Assembly: GCA_963716725.1 (NCBI GenBank)
Contig: CAVQUB010000015.1
Span: forward strand, 320,001 to 384,000
Direction of reading: 5' to 3'
Length of the DNA: 64,000 nucleotides
Source: an uncultured delta proteobacterium
GTDB taxonomy: Bacteria; Myxococcota_A; Polyangia; Polyangiales; Polyangiaceae
Positions 29,798 to 40,533 of the stretch are shown piece by piece. How positions within the stretch are numbered: position 1 is the stretch's first letter; each line of letters starts with the position of its first letter. The notes below the pieces were generated by a model. It saw only the letters and a list, made by a program, of their open reading frames with translations, searched no databases and was not told the DNA's origin. Position numbers and translations under genes: made by a program.

Positions 29798-30700
29798 TTA
29801 CCTACGCCGGGCCGGCCTGCATCGGCGACGCCGCGCACGGGCGAGGCCGAGCGCCCCGAGCCCGAGCCCGAGCGCCCAGCCCCCGGCGGTCCCGGCGCTG
29901 CCCGGCGCGGTGCTGCAACAGCCCGTGTCTTCCAGGGGTTCACCGCAGTCGATGGAAAAGCCGTGGCGCGGCGTCGGATCGCAAGAGCTGGTGTCCTTGC
30001 CGGGAGGGTAGATGGCGCAGATGCCAGCCACGTCGTCGGCCTCGAGGGTACGCAGGCCCGTCTCGCCGAACTGGTAGCTGGCGTACATGGTGGCGAGCTT
30101 GTCGCACGAGTGGGACAAGCCCAAGAAGTGTCCGGCTTCGTGCGCGATGATCGACGAGAGATCCGCCTGCACCTGGGTATCGCCGACCGTGAGCGGCACC
30201 TCGATGGAATTGATCTCGACGTCCGAGTCGTAGATCTCACCGGTCTTGACGTTGTAGGTCACGGTGGTCAGCGCGAGCGTGGAGCCGCTGCCGGCGTAAG
30301 GCCAGGCGTCGTCTCGGTACATCCAGACGTTCGCGTTGGGCGAGTCTTGGTTGTACTCCTGCTGGCCGCAGACGACCTCTTGGGTTCGGTAGATGTCCAG
30401 GGACGGCGGTGCGCCGCCGCAGTCCACCGCGATCCATTGGGCGAGGGCCTGCTCGACCAGCTGTCCGGTGGTCGCCGCCGAGATCCCGCGCAGCGTCGTT
30501 CCCGACACCTGCGTCGAGAACGAGGTGCAGCCGCCCGGCCAGTACAGCGGCAAGCCCCCGGTCAAGCAGTACGCGCACTCGGGTGCGGCCTGGCACTGAC
30601 CGGGGCTGCAGGTGGTCGTGCGACAGAAGGCTCGAGCGTGCTCCGCGGCCAGCGACAGCCCGAGCCCGAGCCCGAGGCAGAGCCAGCGACTAGCGCGCAT
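29798..30700 (-). CDS. Matrixin-family Zn metalloprotease with MYXO-CTERM-type tail
   Basis: HEAGHFLGLSH, Met-turn ATMY, GCCS...TM...RRRR. Confidence 0.9.
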   Translation of the reverse strand: MRASRWLCLGLGLGLSLAAEHARAFCRTTTCSPGQCQAAPECAYCLTGGLPLYWPGGCTSFSTQVSGTTLRGISAATTGQLVEQALAQWIAVDCGGAPPSLDIYRTQEVVCGQQEYNQDSPNANVWMYRDDAWPYAGSGSTLALTTVTYNVKTGEIYDSDVEINSIEVPLTVGDTQVQADLSSIIAHEAGHFLGLSHSCDKLATMYASYQFGETGLRTLEADDVAGICAIYPPGKDTSSCDPTPRHGFSIDCGEPLEDTGCCSTAPGSAGTAGGWALGLGLGALGLARARRRRCRPARRR

Positions 30701-31250
30701 TCCACGCCTTCCGCACCACGCCCGTCGCCTCGGAGACCCGCCGGCCCGACAGCTCCTTCACCGCGCCATCGCCCAACAGCTCGGAGAGTCGCGGGCTCGG
30801 CGCCGTGCGATGTTCACCCGACGGATCCCGTTGAATCGGGTAGTGACCTTGGGCCAGGGCGGTGACCGCAAAGACGCCCTCGGCCGTGGGCGTCAGGAAC
30901 ACGAGCATCGGCTGGTTCAGGAGCAAGACCGCCTCGCCGTGCACCACCTGTCCGATGTCCCCGACCTGCCCGCCGAGGGTGCGGACCATGATCTCGGCTC
31001 CGTCAGCGGGGCCACCGACCACCTCGTCGATACGCAGACGACTGGTCGTGACGATGCGGCGGCGCCCGCCGACGTGTTGCCAGCGGCCCTCCGCCGACAG
31101 GGTCGTGGCGACCAGGCAGCGGTCGCTGGCCCGGACCAGCTCGCGCAGGCTCAGCGCCCGGGCGACGCCGGCGGTGGCGGGTCGCCCCGGCAGCGTGAGC
31201 GCGGTGCTGGTCGCGCCCATCAGCCACAAAAACCGCCGCCGTCCCAGCAT
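30690..31250 (-). CDS. Exported protein upstream of the matrixin, possible Tat signal
   Basis: MLGRRRFL signal; VRTLGGQVG; overlaps the protease start. Confidence 0.6.
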   Translation of the reverse strand: MLGRRRFLWLMGATSTALTLPGRPATAGVARALSLRELVRASDRCLVATTLSAEGRWQHVGGRRRIVTTSRLRIDEVVGGPADGAEIMVRTLGGQVGDIGQVVHGEAVLLLNQPMLVFLTPTAEGVFAVTALAQGHYPIQRDPSGEHRTAPSPRLSELLGDGAVKELSGRRVSEATGVVRKAWNAR

Positions 31251-31320
31251 GTCGCGGGAGCCTAGCACGCCCCCCCGCTTTCGCTCGACTGCGCTATAAG
31301 AGACGGCCTCGCACGGCTCG

Positions 31321-34008
31321 ATGACGACCTCCTCTTCCACGCCCTCAGTGGGCCCGTTGCTCACGCGTGTGTCTCCCGAGCTCGGGCCGGAGCTCGGCCG
31401 CTACGTGGTTCGTCACCGCGCCGAGGTCGAAGCGATGATCCGCACGGGGGGGCGCGAAGCCGGGCTGCCCGCGGCCCGTCGCTACGCCAAGGTCTTCGAT
31501 GGCCTGCTCGGTGCGCTCTTCGGAGCCGTCGAAGCCACGATGCGAGGGTCCGGCGGGTGGCAGCCGGTGGCCCTGGCGGCGGTGGGCAGCTTCGGGCGCG
31601 GCGCGGTGGCCTTCGCCAGCGATCTCGACGTGCGCCTGCTGCCCGTCGGCGGCGTGCCCGAGCGAGCCCAGCCCATCGCCGAGGCGCTCTTGTATCCGCT
31701 CTGGGACACCGGGCTGTCGGTGGGTCACCAGGTCGTCGCGCCGGACGACGTGATCGATCTGGCACGAAGCGACTTGCCGACGGCAACGAGTTTGCTCGAC
31801 TGGCGCCATGTCGCCGGTGATCGCGACGCCAGCGCGCGGCTGCTCGAACGCGTCTTCGAAGGGCTGTTCGGGATCGGCGAGATCCGCGCGTTCTTGGAGC
31901 GGCTGGGGGCGCGCGCCCAGGATCGTCGCGACAGATTCGGTGGCTCGGTCTATCTGCTCGAGCCCGACGTCAAGAACGGTCCCGGCGGCATCCGTGATCT
32001 CGATGTGGCGCACTGGGCCGCGCGGGCGCGCTGGCGCATCACCGAGCTGTCGGACCTGGTGCGCCTCGGCGTGTTGGTCCCCCGCGAATGGCAGCAAGTC
32101 GACCAAGCCCACGAATTCCACTGGCGAGTGCGAAACCTGCTGCACGCCTACGCGGGTCGGCGCGCCGACCGGCTGAGCTTCGACCGCCAGGAGCAGATCG
32201 CCGAAGATCTGGGCTACGGCGGCGGTGGCCCGGCGGTCGAACGCTTCATGAGCGACTACTACCGCCACGCGCGGGCCATCGAGCACGCCCGGGACATGAT
32301 CCTCTCCCGGGCGTTGCCGCCACCGACCCGCAAGCCCCACGCCGTCGGCATCGGTCGCGGGCTCACGCTGGTCAACGGCGAGGTGAGCATCGCGCACCCG
32401 GGCGCCCTGGACGCCGAGCCCGCGCTGGTATTCCGCCTCTACGACGAGGCCCTGCGTCGCGACGTGCCGGTCTACGAGTTCGCGCGGGACTTGGTGGCGC
32501 GCAGCGCGAGCTCGCCCGCCTTTGCCGAACGCCTTCGGTCCAGCGACGAAGCCGCCGGGCTCTTCGTGCGCCTGGTGATGACCGTCCAGAGTTCACGTCT
32601 CAGGTACGAGTCGGTGCTGGCCGAGCTGCACGACGTCGGGCTCTTGGTGGCGATGATCCCCGAGTTTTCACCGGTGGTCGGTCGGGTGCATCACGACGTC
32701 TACCACGTGTACACCGTTGACGCGCACTCGGTGGCTGCGGTGGACCGGCTGCGCGCGCTCACGCGGGGAGATCTCGCCGCCGAGTACCCGCTGGCGTCAC
32801 GTCTCGCCGCCGAGATCGCGCGACCCAAGGTGCTGTTCTTCGCGACGCTGCTGCACGACGTCGGCAAGGACATCGGCGGCAAGAACCACTCGGAGCGCGG
32901 CGCCGAGATGTGCGCGGGCATCCTGGAGCGAATCGGCTTTTGTGCCGAAGAAATCGCTGAAATTAGCCACCTGGTCGCCCAGCACCTGCGCATGTATCAC
33001 GTGGCGACCCGGCGCGACATCGACGATCCGGCGACGCTCGAGGACTTCTGCCGCGACGTGCACGGCAGCGAAGGACTCCGAGAGCTCTATCTGCTCACGG
33101 TCTCGGATGTGTCCACCACCAGCCCCACCGCCATGACGAGCTGGAAGGCGCGCATGCTCGACGAACTCTACGTCGGCGCCATTCGACACCTCGACGCGGG
33201 GTCCGAGCCCTTGCGGGGGCTCGACCAGCGGGTGGCGGCCATCGTCTCCGAGTCGGACGAGGTCCAGCTCCGGCCCTTTCTACAGCACTTCGTCCGGGCC
33301 ATGCCCGAGCGTTATCTGCACGCAAACTCGGCAGAGGACATCCGGACGCACGCCCGCTTCGCGCGCGCCGCAGCCGAGCGTCCGCTCACGGTCGACCTTC
33401 TCACCACGGACGATCTGCATCATCAGCTCGCGTTCGTCTCGGACGACCGTCCGGGCCTGCTCGCGATCTTCACCGCCACGCTGGCCGCCGCACGTCTGCC
33501 GGTGGTGGGCGCTCAGATTTACTCGTGGACGGATCAGAGCGGCCGCGTGCGAGCGCTGGACCTGTTTTGGGTCAAGAGCGGACGCGACGCGCAGGAGACC
33601 CGCTCCATGCTCCCGCGCCTCGAGCGTGATCTGGCGAGGCTCCTCGCAGGGGAGGTCACGCCGGCCGAGCTCGTGGCCGGGGGCCGTGCGGTTCCTCGCT
33701 ATCAGGTCGGGCATACGCCGCACGTCGCCACCGAGGTCAGCGTCGACCACCGTGCGACCGCCCACACGGTCATCGAGGTGACCACCCGAGACCGCCCCGG
33801 CCTGCTCTTTTGGCTGTCCAATACCTTGCAAGAGGCGGGGCTCGGCATTTCCCTGGCCAAGATCAACACCGAAGGCACCCGGGTTGCCGACGTTTTCTAT
33901 GTGACGGATGCCTCGGGAGCCAAGCTCGAGGACCCCGCTCGCATCGAAGAGCTGAGGCGCCGTATCCTCTCGACCGTCGCGCAGCTCGAAGCCCTGGAGA
34001 CTCGATGA
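31321..34008 (+). CDS. glnD: [Protein-PII] uridylyltransferase
   Basis: AVGSFGR...SDLD, LEPDVKNGPGGIRD, YHVYTVDAH, LLHDVGK, two ACT domains (DRPGLL). Confidence 0.95.
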   Translation: MTTSSSTPSVGPLLTRVSPELGPELGRYVVRHRAEVEAMIRTGGREAGLPAARRYAKVFDGLLGALFGAVEATMRGSGGWQPVALAAVGSFGRGAVAFASDLDVRLLPVGGVPERAQPIAEALLYPLWDTGLSVGHQVVAPDDVIDLARSDLPTATSLLDWRHVAGDRDASARLLERVFEGLFGIGEIRAFLERLGARAQDRRDRFGGSVYLLEPDVKNGPGGIRDLDVAHWAARARWRITELSDLVRLGVLVPREWQQVDQAHEFHWRVRNLLHAYAGRRADRLSFDRQEQIAEDLGYGGGGPAVERFMSDYYRHARAIEHARDMILSRALPPPTRKPHAVGIGRGLTLVNGEVSIAHPGALDAEPALVFRLYDEALRRDVPVYEFARDLVARSASSPAFAERLRSSDEAAGLFVRLVMTVQSSRLRYESVLAELHDVGLLVAMIPEFSPVVGRVHHDVYHVYTVDAHSVAAVDRLRALTRGDLAAEYPLASRLAAEIARPKVLFFATLLHDVGKDIGGKNHSERGAEMCAGILERIGFCAEEIAEISHLVAQHLRMYHVATRRDIDDPATLEDFCRDVHGSEGLRELYLLTVSDVSTTSPTAMTSWKARMLDELYVGAIRHLDAGSEPLRGLDQRVAAIVSESDEVQLRPFLQHFVRAMPERYLHANSAEDIRTHARFARAAAERPLTVDLLTTDDLHHQLAFVSDDRPGLLAIFTATLAAARLPVVGAQIYSWTDQSGRVRALDLFWVKSGRDAQETRSMLPRLERDLARLLAGEVTPAELVAGGRAVPRYQVGHTPHVATEVSVDHRATAHTVIEVTTRDRPGLLFWLSNTLQEAGLGISLAKINTEGTRVADVFYVTDASGAKLEDPARIEELRRRILSTVAQLEALETR

Positions 34009-34988
34009 CCAAGCTCACGTCGCTCACGTTCGTTCTTCTCCTGTCCGCCTGCGCGGGCGGAACGCCGGCCAAGAACCCCGACGGGGATCCTCCCCCCTTC
34101 GACGATCCAAAGGGCAATTCTCCGCCAACCGCTCCCGCCTCGAGCGCCAAGGTCAAGGACGGCATGGACGCGATCGCCGCGGGAGATTTTGCCAAAGCAA
34201 AAGAGATCCTGACCGCCGCCGTCAGCGAAGCCCCGAACGATCCCCAGGCGGCGTTCTACCTTGGCGTCGCCCTCGAGAACGGCGGCGACGTCAAGGGCGC
34301 TCGCGAGCACTACGAGCGGGCGCTGTCCCTGGACGGCAAGCTGAGCGAGGCGGCGGTGAACCTGTCGGCGTTGCTGCTCGACGCAAACGAAGGCAAGGCC
34401 GCTCTCGACGTGGTGCGGGCGGCGATCAAACACGCGCCGACCCACCCCATGCTGCTGATGAACCGCGCGCTGGCTCTGGAGGCGACGGGCGACGCGGCGG
34501 CGGTGGCGGCCTACGGCCAAGCGGTGAAGGCACAGCCCGACAACCTCGAGCTGCGCTACGCCCACGCGGAGCTCTTGCTCGGCGCGGGCAAGAAGGACGA
34601 AGCCCTGGCCGAGTTGCGCAAGGTCAGCGCGGGCGCCGACGGCAAGCTGATCGCGGCGGTCGCCACGCTCTTCGGCAAACTCGGAGCTTTCGCTGACTGC
34701 GTGGGCACCCTCGACAAGGTCATCGGCGCGAGCCCAAAGCCCGATCTGCTCACCCGACGTGGCGTGTGCCGTCACGAGTTGAAGGACGAGCCCGGCGCCA
34801 AGAGCGACTACGACGCGGCGATCAAGCTCGATCCCAAGTACGCGCCGGCGCACTACTACCTGGGCATGCACTACAAGACGGCCAAGAAGACCAAAGAGGC
34901 CAAGGCTGCTCTCGAGAAGGCCGTGGAACTCTCCGGGGGCAAGGGCGTGGGCGAGGCCGCCAAGAAGGAACTCGAAGACCTCAAGTGA
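34005..34988 (+). CDS. TPR lipoprotein
   Basis: Lipobox LSAC; multiple TPR repeats. Confidence 0.85.
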   Translation: MTKLTSLTFVLLLSACAGGTPAKNPDGDPPPFDDPKGNSPPTAPASSAKVKDGMDAIAAGDFAKAKEILTAAVSEAPNDPQAAFYLGVALENGGDVKGAREHYERALSLDGKLSEAAVNLSALLLDANEGKAALDVVRAAIKHAPTHPMLLMNRALALEATGDAAAVAAYGQAVKAQPDNLELRYAHAELLLGAGKKDEALAELRKVSAGADGKLIAAVATLFGKLGAFADCVGTLDKVIGASPKPDLLTRRGVCRHELKDEPGAKSDYDAAIKLDPKYAPAHYYLGMHYKTAKKTKEAKAALEKAVELSGGKGVGEAAKKELEDLK

Positions 34989-35700
34989 GCTCGGCGCGGC
35001 CGGGCGCTGTTCGGAGCTTGCGCAACATCAGCAAGTGCCCGAGCAGCGCCAGTTGGACCAAGAAGGTCGGCAGCCACACCCAAGGGAAGTAGGCGACGAT
35101 CTGGTTTTGCGGCGTGAACAGCCCGAAGGGTTTTGGGAACGAGAGCACCGCCAGCGTCACGATGGTGACGAGTAGCGCCAGTCCGATCGTGTTCCACAGC
35201 CTGAGCACGCTGGGGGACACGCCGCCGCGCCGATGAAGTACCCAGAGCACCAATGCGCTGGCGCCGGTGAGGATGTCGAAGTTCAAGCCCGCGAAGGTCA
35301 TCTGCACCGGCAGCACGCGGTGGCCGTGCAGTTGGTGGAGCAGGACCTCGAGGGGCAGCCGGAAGATCTGGACCGCGATCAAGAGGCCGAAGGGCAGCCG
35401 CTCGGCAGCCCAAGCGCCGGCGCGCGAGAACGAGAACGTCACAATCAAGACGACCATGGGCACCACGACGCGAACCAGCATCGGCGGCATGGCGTCGAAC
35501 TGGGACAGGACCCCAGCGTTGGCGAGGTACGCCGGGACGACGAGCCAGACCCCGAACCCGAGGCGCAGCAGGACCGACATCCGAGTGCCCGTGGACAGCG
35601 CGCGGAAGGCCGCGAGCACGGCGGCGACCCCCCAGGCCACGAGAGCGTAGAAGGCGTAGGTCAGCCAAGCCGGGAGCGCGGTGATCAGCAGGAGATGCAC
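34981..35700 (-). CDS. Integral membrane protein
   Basis: About seven TM helices; QIFRLPLE, NFDILTG, FPWVWLPTFLV. Confidence 0.75.
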   Translation of the reverse strand: MHLLLITALPAWLTYAFYALVAWGVAAVLAAFRALSTGTRMSVLLRLGFGVWLVVPAYLANAGVLSQFDAMPPMLVRVVVPMVVLIVTFSFSRAGAWAAERLPFGLLIAVQIFRLPLEVLLHQLHGHRVLPVQMTFAGLNFDILTGASALVLWVLHRRGGVSPSVLRLWNTIGLALLVTIVTLAVLSFPKPFGLFTPQNQIVAYFPWVWLPTFLVQLALLGHLLMLRKLRTAPGRAELT

Positions 35701-35832
35701 GCCCGACCGGGTCTACCCCGCAGAGTGGCGTCGCGTCGAGGATTTCGCCCGGGGGGATGGCGATGGTCGGTACTCCGGAATGTCCGCGCAGGGCTCGAGT
35801 CGAGTACTCTCGAGAGCGCTCGTCCCGTCACC

Positions 35833-36777
35833 ATGCCGCTTCCACCCGTCGTCATCGAGCTCAGCGCGGCTGACGCCGCTTCGGCGCACGCCGGGGTCAT
35901 GGTGGCGGCTTGCACCCAGGCGGTGGCAGACGGCGAGTGCCAAACCGCAGTGAGCGACCCGGCTGACGCGCGGGCCATTGCCATGGTCTCGTGGGACCCC
36001 GCGCGGACGAGTGTCCGCATCGAGCTCGGCGTGAAGAGTGGGGGAAGCACTCGTTGGGTCAGTCGACGGTTGGACTTCCGCGACGGGGATCCCGAAATAG
36101 AACGCTGGCGCAGCGTGGGCTTGGTGGTGGGGACCCTGGTCGGCGAAGCCGAACAGGAAGTCGAGCGGACCCGCGTGGCTGAGAGCCCGAAACCGGGACC
36201 CACGCCGAGCCCGCCGGCCGCCCGCACGATCGACGTCTCACCCACGGTCCCGCCTCCGGCGCGGCCTTCCTTGCCGCCCACGCGGTTGTGGCTCGGTGTG
36301 GAGGCGGTGGTCGGGCCGGCGCTCGACGACGGAAGCTGGCGAACCGGAGCGGGCGTGCTCGCGCTCTATGACTTTCCCCGTGCCCCGGTGCTGGGGGTGG
36401 GGGCGCTTCGGTACGTCGCGCGACCCGCCGACGATCGCGACGTCGCCGCGCGCTGGTTCGGGCTCTCGTTTGGACTCGGGCTGCACCACGCGCCGCTCCC
36501 GCAGCTGCGCCTCGAAGTCCGGGGCGAAGCGTTGGTCGAGCGGATGGACGCCTCCGTCGGGGGCAGGCGGCGGGATGACGCGGGTCGCTGGTACCCTGGC
36601 GGGCGCTTGGTGCTCGGGGCCGGCGCCAGGGTCGGGGACTGGGTCACCTTCGTATTCGCCGGTGAGTTCACGGGTTTGAGCCAGGGCACGGTGATCACTC
36701 TCGAGGACGAGGTCGTCGGTCGCGCACCTCCGCTCACATGGGCACTCGGCCTCGGCGTGCGGCTCCGCGTGTTCTGA
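35833..36777 (+). CDS. Hypothetical protein with C-terminal beta-barrel-like region
   Basis: Pro-rich linker, amphipathic strands, terminal Phe; upstream of the ECF sigma factor. Confidence 0.55.
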   Translation: MPLPPVVIELSAADAASAHAGVMVAACTQAVADGECQTAVSDPADARAIAMVSWDPARTSVRIELGVKSGGSTRWVSRRLDFRDGDPEIERWRSVGLVVGTLVGEAEQEVERTRVAESPKPGPTPSPPAARTIDVSPTVPPPARPSLPPTRLWLGVEAVVGPALDDGSWRTGAGVLALYDFPRAPVLGVGALRYVARPADDRDVAARWFGLSFGLGLHHAPLPQLRLEVRGEALVERMDASVGGRRRDDAGRWYPGGRLVLGAGARVGDWVTFVFAGEFTGLSQGTVITLEDEVVGRAPPLTWALGLGVRLRVF

Positions 36778-36807
36778 AGCTGCCTGCTGCGGGCCTCGGC
36801 GGGTACG

Positions 36808-37467
36808 ATGGTTGTGATGAGTTCTGCTCGGCGTGCAAAACCCTGGCTGCGACCGGTGCCCGACGCGCCGGCGGCCGCTCCGCCCCGGGCGCCGGTCCAA
36901 GACGCCGAGATCATCGCGGCCGTGGTCTCCGGGGACGGAGCCGTCGCGGGCGAGCTGTACGACCGACTCGTGAGCACGGTGGACCGGACGCTGTATCGAG
37001 TGCTCGGTCGCCGTGAGGCAGACCACGAAGATCTCGTGCAGTCGGCGTTCGAGCAGGTCGTCAAGACACTGGCCACGCAGCGCTTTGCGGGGGCGTGCAG
37101 CCTGCGCACCTGGGCGTCGAGCGTGGCGACCCGCGTCGCTCTCAACGCGTTGCGCTCGCGGCGGCGCGAACGTGGAGTATTCGATCGCACGGCCATCGAT
37201 GCCGAGTCGTCCACCGCCGGCCGCGACAACCCCGAGCGCGACGCATCGATGCGTCGCGAACTCGATCGTTTGCGCGCCGAGCTCGCGGACATGAGCCCTG
37301 CGCGTGCGGAGGCGCTGCTCTTGCACGATGTTCTCGGGCATGACCTCGCGGAGATCGCAGCCATCACCGGTGTGAGCATCGCAGCCGCTCAATCCCGCTT
37401 GGTGCGGGGGCGTCGCGAGCTGATGAATCGCGTGGGGCACGCACCGGCGAAAGGAACGGGTCGGTGA
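36808..37467 (+). CDS. ECF sigma-70 factor
   Basis: HEDLVQSAF, SLRTW, LAEIAAITGVSIAAAQSRLVRGR. Confidence 0.9.
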   Translation: MVVMSSARRAKPWLRPVPDAPAAAPPRAPVQDAEIIAAVVSGDGAVAGELYDRLVSTVDRTLYRVLGRREADHEDLVQSAFEQVVKTLATQRFAGACSLRTWASSVATRVALNALRSRRRERGVFDRTAIDAESSTAGRDNPERDASMRRELDRLRAELADMSPARAEALLLHDVLGHDLAEIAAITGVSIAAAQSRLVRGRRELMNRVGHAPAKGTGR

Positions 37468-38576
37468 CGGATCGACCGTCCACCCCGGACCTGCTGCGCG
37501 ACTGGGCTCGCGGGCCGATCTCGGTCGAAGACGCGGACGTGGACGACGCACGCCGGGCACGCATCGTGAGCGGGATCGCGCGGGGCATTCGCGAGGCCAA
37601 GGTCGAGGGAGATCGGAAGCGGGGAAGGGCTCGCGCCGCCATCGTCTTGGTCGCGGCGGCCGCGCTCGCGGTGCTGGTCGGCGGCCTCTGGCGCGGCTTG
37701 CGCCCCAGCGCCGAGGTGGTCGCGCGCTTGATCCCGAGCTCGACCGGCGTCCTGGTGATTCGCGGGGCGGAATCCCGGGTCTCGCTGCCGAACGCCGAGC
37801 AGCCACTCTCGGGCGGCGACGTGGTGACGACGGTGGTCGACGCCAGCGCCTCGATGCGCCTCGCCAGCGGCGCCGAGGTGAACATCGGGCCGAGCACGAG
37901 GGTCGCGCTGGCTCGCGCGCAGATCGGCGACGAGCAGATCGACCTGAGCATCGGTGAAGTCGCGCTGCGTATCCCGCCGCTCGGTGCGGGCGGCAGCTTC
38001 CGCGTGCAGACTCCGGACGCCCGAGTGGTCGTGCACGGCACCGCCTTCGTGGTTCGGGTCAGCCAGCGAGTCTCCTCCCCAGGCACGATCACCGAGGTCA
38101 GGGTGAGCGAAGGCAAGGTCTCGGTGGAGCGCCAGGGCTCGCAGCTGGATTTGCTGCCCGGGCAGAGCTGGAGCTCGAAGGAAACGCTCGCGGCCGAGTC
38201 GGTTCCTGCGGTGGTCGCCCCTGCTGCGCCCGCCGTCGAGACGGCCGAGGCCACTCCTGCGCCCCTGGCGGCCAAGCCGACCAAGATCGCAAAGAACGAT
38301 CCCTCGGCGCTCGCCGAGCAGAACCGCCTGTTCGCGGCAGCGGCTGCCGCACGCCGTCGGGGCGACGACCGCGCTGCGCTCGGGCAGTGGAACCAGCTCC
38401 TCTTGCGCTACCCCGATAGCCCGCTCGCTCCCGAGGTGCGCGTCGAGCGATTCCGGGCGCTCAAGCGCCTGGGCCGCGGCGTCGAGGCGGCGCGGGAGGC
38501 GCGGCGGTATCTGCTCGATCATCAGAGCGGCGCGGCGCGGGACGAGGCCCGCGGCGTCGCTCTCGATCCAAAGTGA
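37464..38576 (+). CDS. FecR-domain anti-sigma factor with C-terminal TPR-like region
   Basis: TM helix; FRVQTPDARVVVHGTAF, VRVSEGKVSV; YPDSPLA. Confidence 0.85.
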   Translation: MTDRPSTPDLLRDWARGPISVEDADVDDARRARIVSGIARGIREAKVEGDRKRGRARAAIVLVAAAALAVLVGGLWRGLRPSAEVVARLIPSSTGVLVIRGAESRVSLPNAEQPLSGGDVVTTVVDASASMRLASGAEVNIGPSTRVALARAQIGDEQIDLSIGEVALRIPPLGAGGSFRVQTPDARVVVHGTAFVVRVSQRVSSPGTITEVRVSEGKVSVERQGSQLDLLPGQSWSSKETLAAESVPAVVAPAAPAVETAEATPAPLAAKPTKIAKNDPSALAEQNRLFAAAAAARRRGDDRAALGQWNQLLLRYPDSPLAPEVRVERFRALKRLGRGVEAAREARRYLLDHQSGAARDEARGVALDPK

Positions 38577-38583
38577 GGCTCGC

Positions 38584-39114
38584 TCAGCCCTTGCACTCGT
38601 GCTCTGAGGGGTCGCAGCTCTGACCCTCTTTGCAGTGCCCGTCCGCCAGGCACTCGACGCACTCCGAGTCCAGGCAGTGAAGCTTGTTGCCGGAGGTGCA
38701 GTCTGCGTCGCTCGCGCATTGTCCGCACTCACCGAGCACGCACCGAGGCTTGGAGCTGCTGATGCAGTCGAAATGATCGCGACACTGGACGCACGCGCCT
38801 GTCGCCGGGTCGCAGTGCTCGCTACCCGAGCTGCAACCCGCTGCGCAGGACTGACGGCACTCGCCGTCGGGGGCACAGGCCTTGCCGGGCTCGCAGTGCT
38901 GAGACACCAAGCAACGCACGCAGCGCGCCCGTTGGGGGTTGCAGAACTGCTCTTCGCCCAAGCACTGCTGGGACGAAGCGCACGCGCCGGTGCCGCCTCC
39001 CGCACCGCCGGTCGCCGCGGCGCCGCCGCTGCCAGGCAACAGCGCCAACTCTCGATCGCCCCCGCAGGCCACCATGGCCGCTGCGAAGGCCAGCTGTGCT
39101 GACAGGGCGCGCAT
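38584..39114 (-). CDS. Cys-rich repeat lipoprotein
   Basis: Lipobox MVAC; repeated CV(E/Q/R)C...C units. Confidence 0.7.
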   Translation of the reverse strand: MRALSAQLAFAAAMVACGGDRELALLPGSGGAAATGGAGGGTGACASSQQCLGEEQFCNPQRARCVRCLVSQHCEPGKACAPDGECRQSCAAGCSSGSEHCDPATGACVQCRDHFDCISSSKPRCVLGECGQCASDADCTSGNKLHCLDSECVECLADGHCKEGQSCDPSEHECKG

Positions 39115-39227
39115 AGCGACAAACCTAGCCTCAATTGCGCCTCGAGGCAGGTTAAGCGTGCCTGCCTGATCCATCGCCGCTGCGGGTACTGTCCTGAGCG
39201 AGAACCGTTTGCTTCCTGGAGACCCAC

Positions 39228-39977
39228 ATGCACATTCACCATCCCCTGTTTGGACTCCGCGGCTTCGGCGCCGCGCTTTTGGCCCTGAGTTTCGCCTTCG
39301 CCTGCGGCAGCGACGACGACGCGGGGTTCACCGACTCGGGCAACCTGCCCCAATGCAAGACCAGCGCGGATTGCGGCGGCAACGATCCCTTCTGCCAGGG
39401 CGGGCGCTGCGTGGCCTGCCAGGCGAACGCCGACTGCACCACCGCGGGCACGGTCTGTGACGGAGTCACGGGGGAGTGCAAGGCGACGTGCGCGTCGAGC
39501 GCCGAATGCGGCAACGACACCCCGCTCTGCTCGGACAAGCGCGGGGTCTGCGTGCGGTGCCAGACCAATGCGGATTGCGGCGGCGGTGGTGACGCGCTCT
39601 GCAACACCACCATCGATCGCTGTGTCGAGTGCAAGACGAGCACGGATTGCGGCGCCACCCAGCCCATTTGCGAAGTAGTTAGGGGTGAATGCCGGGAGTG
39701 CATGCTGGATGCCGACTGCCCTGCGGCGCGCCCCAAGTGCGACGACCACGAGTGCGTCTCGACGGGCTGCACGAACAACGATCAATGCGGAGGGGACCGG
39801 CCGTACTGCAACGCCGCAGCCAAGACCTGCGTCGAGTGCCTCGAAGACGCCAACTGCGCCGGTGGCGGCGATCCGGCCTGCGACAAGGCCCAGGGCCGCT
39901 GCGTCGAATGCACCAACAACGAGCACTGCGATCAGGGCAAGACCTGCGACCTGAAGGCCCTGAAGTGCAAGGGTTGA
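39228..39977 (+). CDS. Cys-rich repeat lipoprotein
   Basis: Lipobox AFAC; repeated CVECxxxxxC units. Confidence 0.75.
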   Translation: MHIHHPLFGLRGFGAALLALSFAFACGSDDDAGFTDSGNLPQCKTSADCGGNDPFCQGGRCVACQANADCTTAGTVCDGVTGECKATCASSAECGNDTPLCSDKRGVCVRCQTNADCGGGGDALCNTTIDRCVECKTSTDCGATQPICEVVRGECRECMLDADCPAARPKCDDHECVSTGCTNNDQCGGDRPYCNAAAKTCVECLEDANCAGGGDPACDKAQGRCVECTNNEHCDQGKTCDLKALKCKG

Positions 39978-40011
39978 GCAGACTCGGGTTGGTGTATTCT
40001 CAGCGCCAGCC

Positions 40012-40431
40012 ATGCCACCGCTGCCCGCCGTCTCACGAGCGTCGCTGACCCTCGGAGCGTTCATCATTGCGGTCGTCACGCTCTCAGCCTGCATCTCGAC
40101 CCGGCAGACGCTGACGCCGGAAGCAGCGAAGGTCCGCTACGTCGAGCAGAAGATCGAGCCGGAGTGCGAGATGATCGAGGAGATCACGGTGGGGCGAGAG
40201 TGGTTCGTGACCGACGAACGACAGCCCGCACAGAGCAAGGACGACGTCGTGGTCCGCATGCGTCGGCTCGCGGCCAAGCGTGGCGGCAACCTGGTGGTGA
40301 TCCTCGAGAACGAGCCGCCGAACTCGAAGTGCTCCGGCTACAACGGCCTCGGTCGGGTCTATCGCTGCAACGCGGAGCAACTTTCGAAGCTGAGCGGCAG
40401 CGGGGAGCCCGAAGCGCCGGCGGCTCCGTGA
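40012..40431 (+). CDS. DUF4156-like lipoprotein
   Basis: LSAC, LTPEAAKVR, MRRLAAKRGGNLV, VYRC. Confidence 0.65.
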   Translation: MPPLPAVSRASLTLGAFIIAVVTLSACISTRQTLTPEAAKVRYVEQKIEPECEMIEEITVGREWFVTDERQPAQSKDDVVVRMRRLAAKRGGNLVVILENEPPNSKCSGYNGLGRVYRCNAEQLSKLSGSGEPEAPAAP

Positions 40432-40533
40432 ACGGCGAACGCCGCCTCACGCTGCCCGGTTGAAATTCTGTCGTCGGCCGTGGCAGTCTGCCGGCTCCCA
40501 GAAAGGCTGGCGCCGCGCTGACGGTGCAGTCAC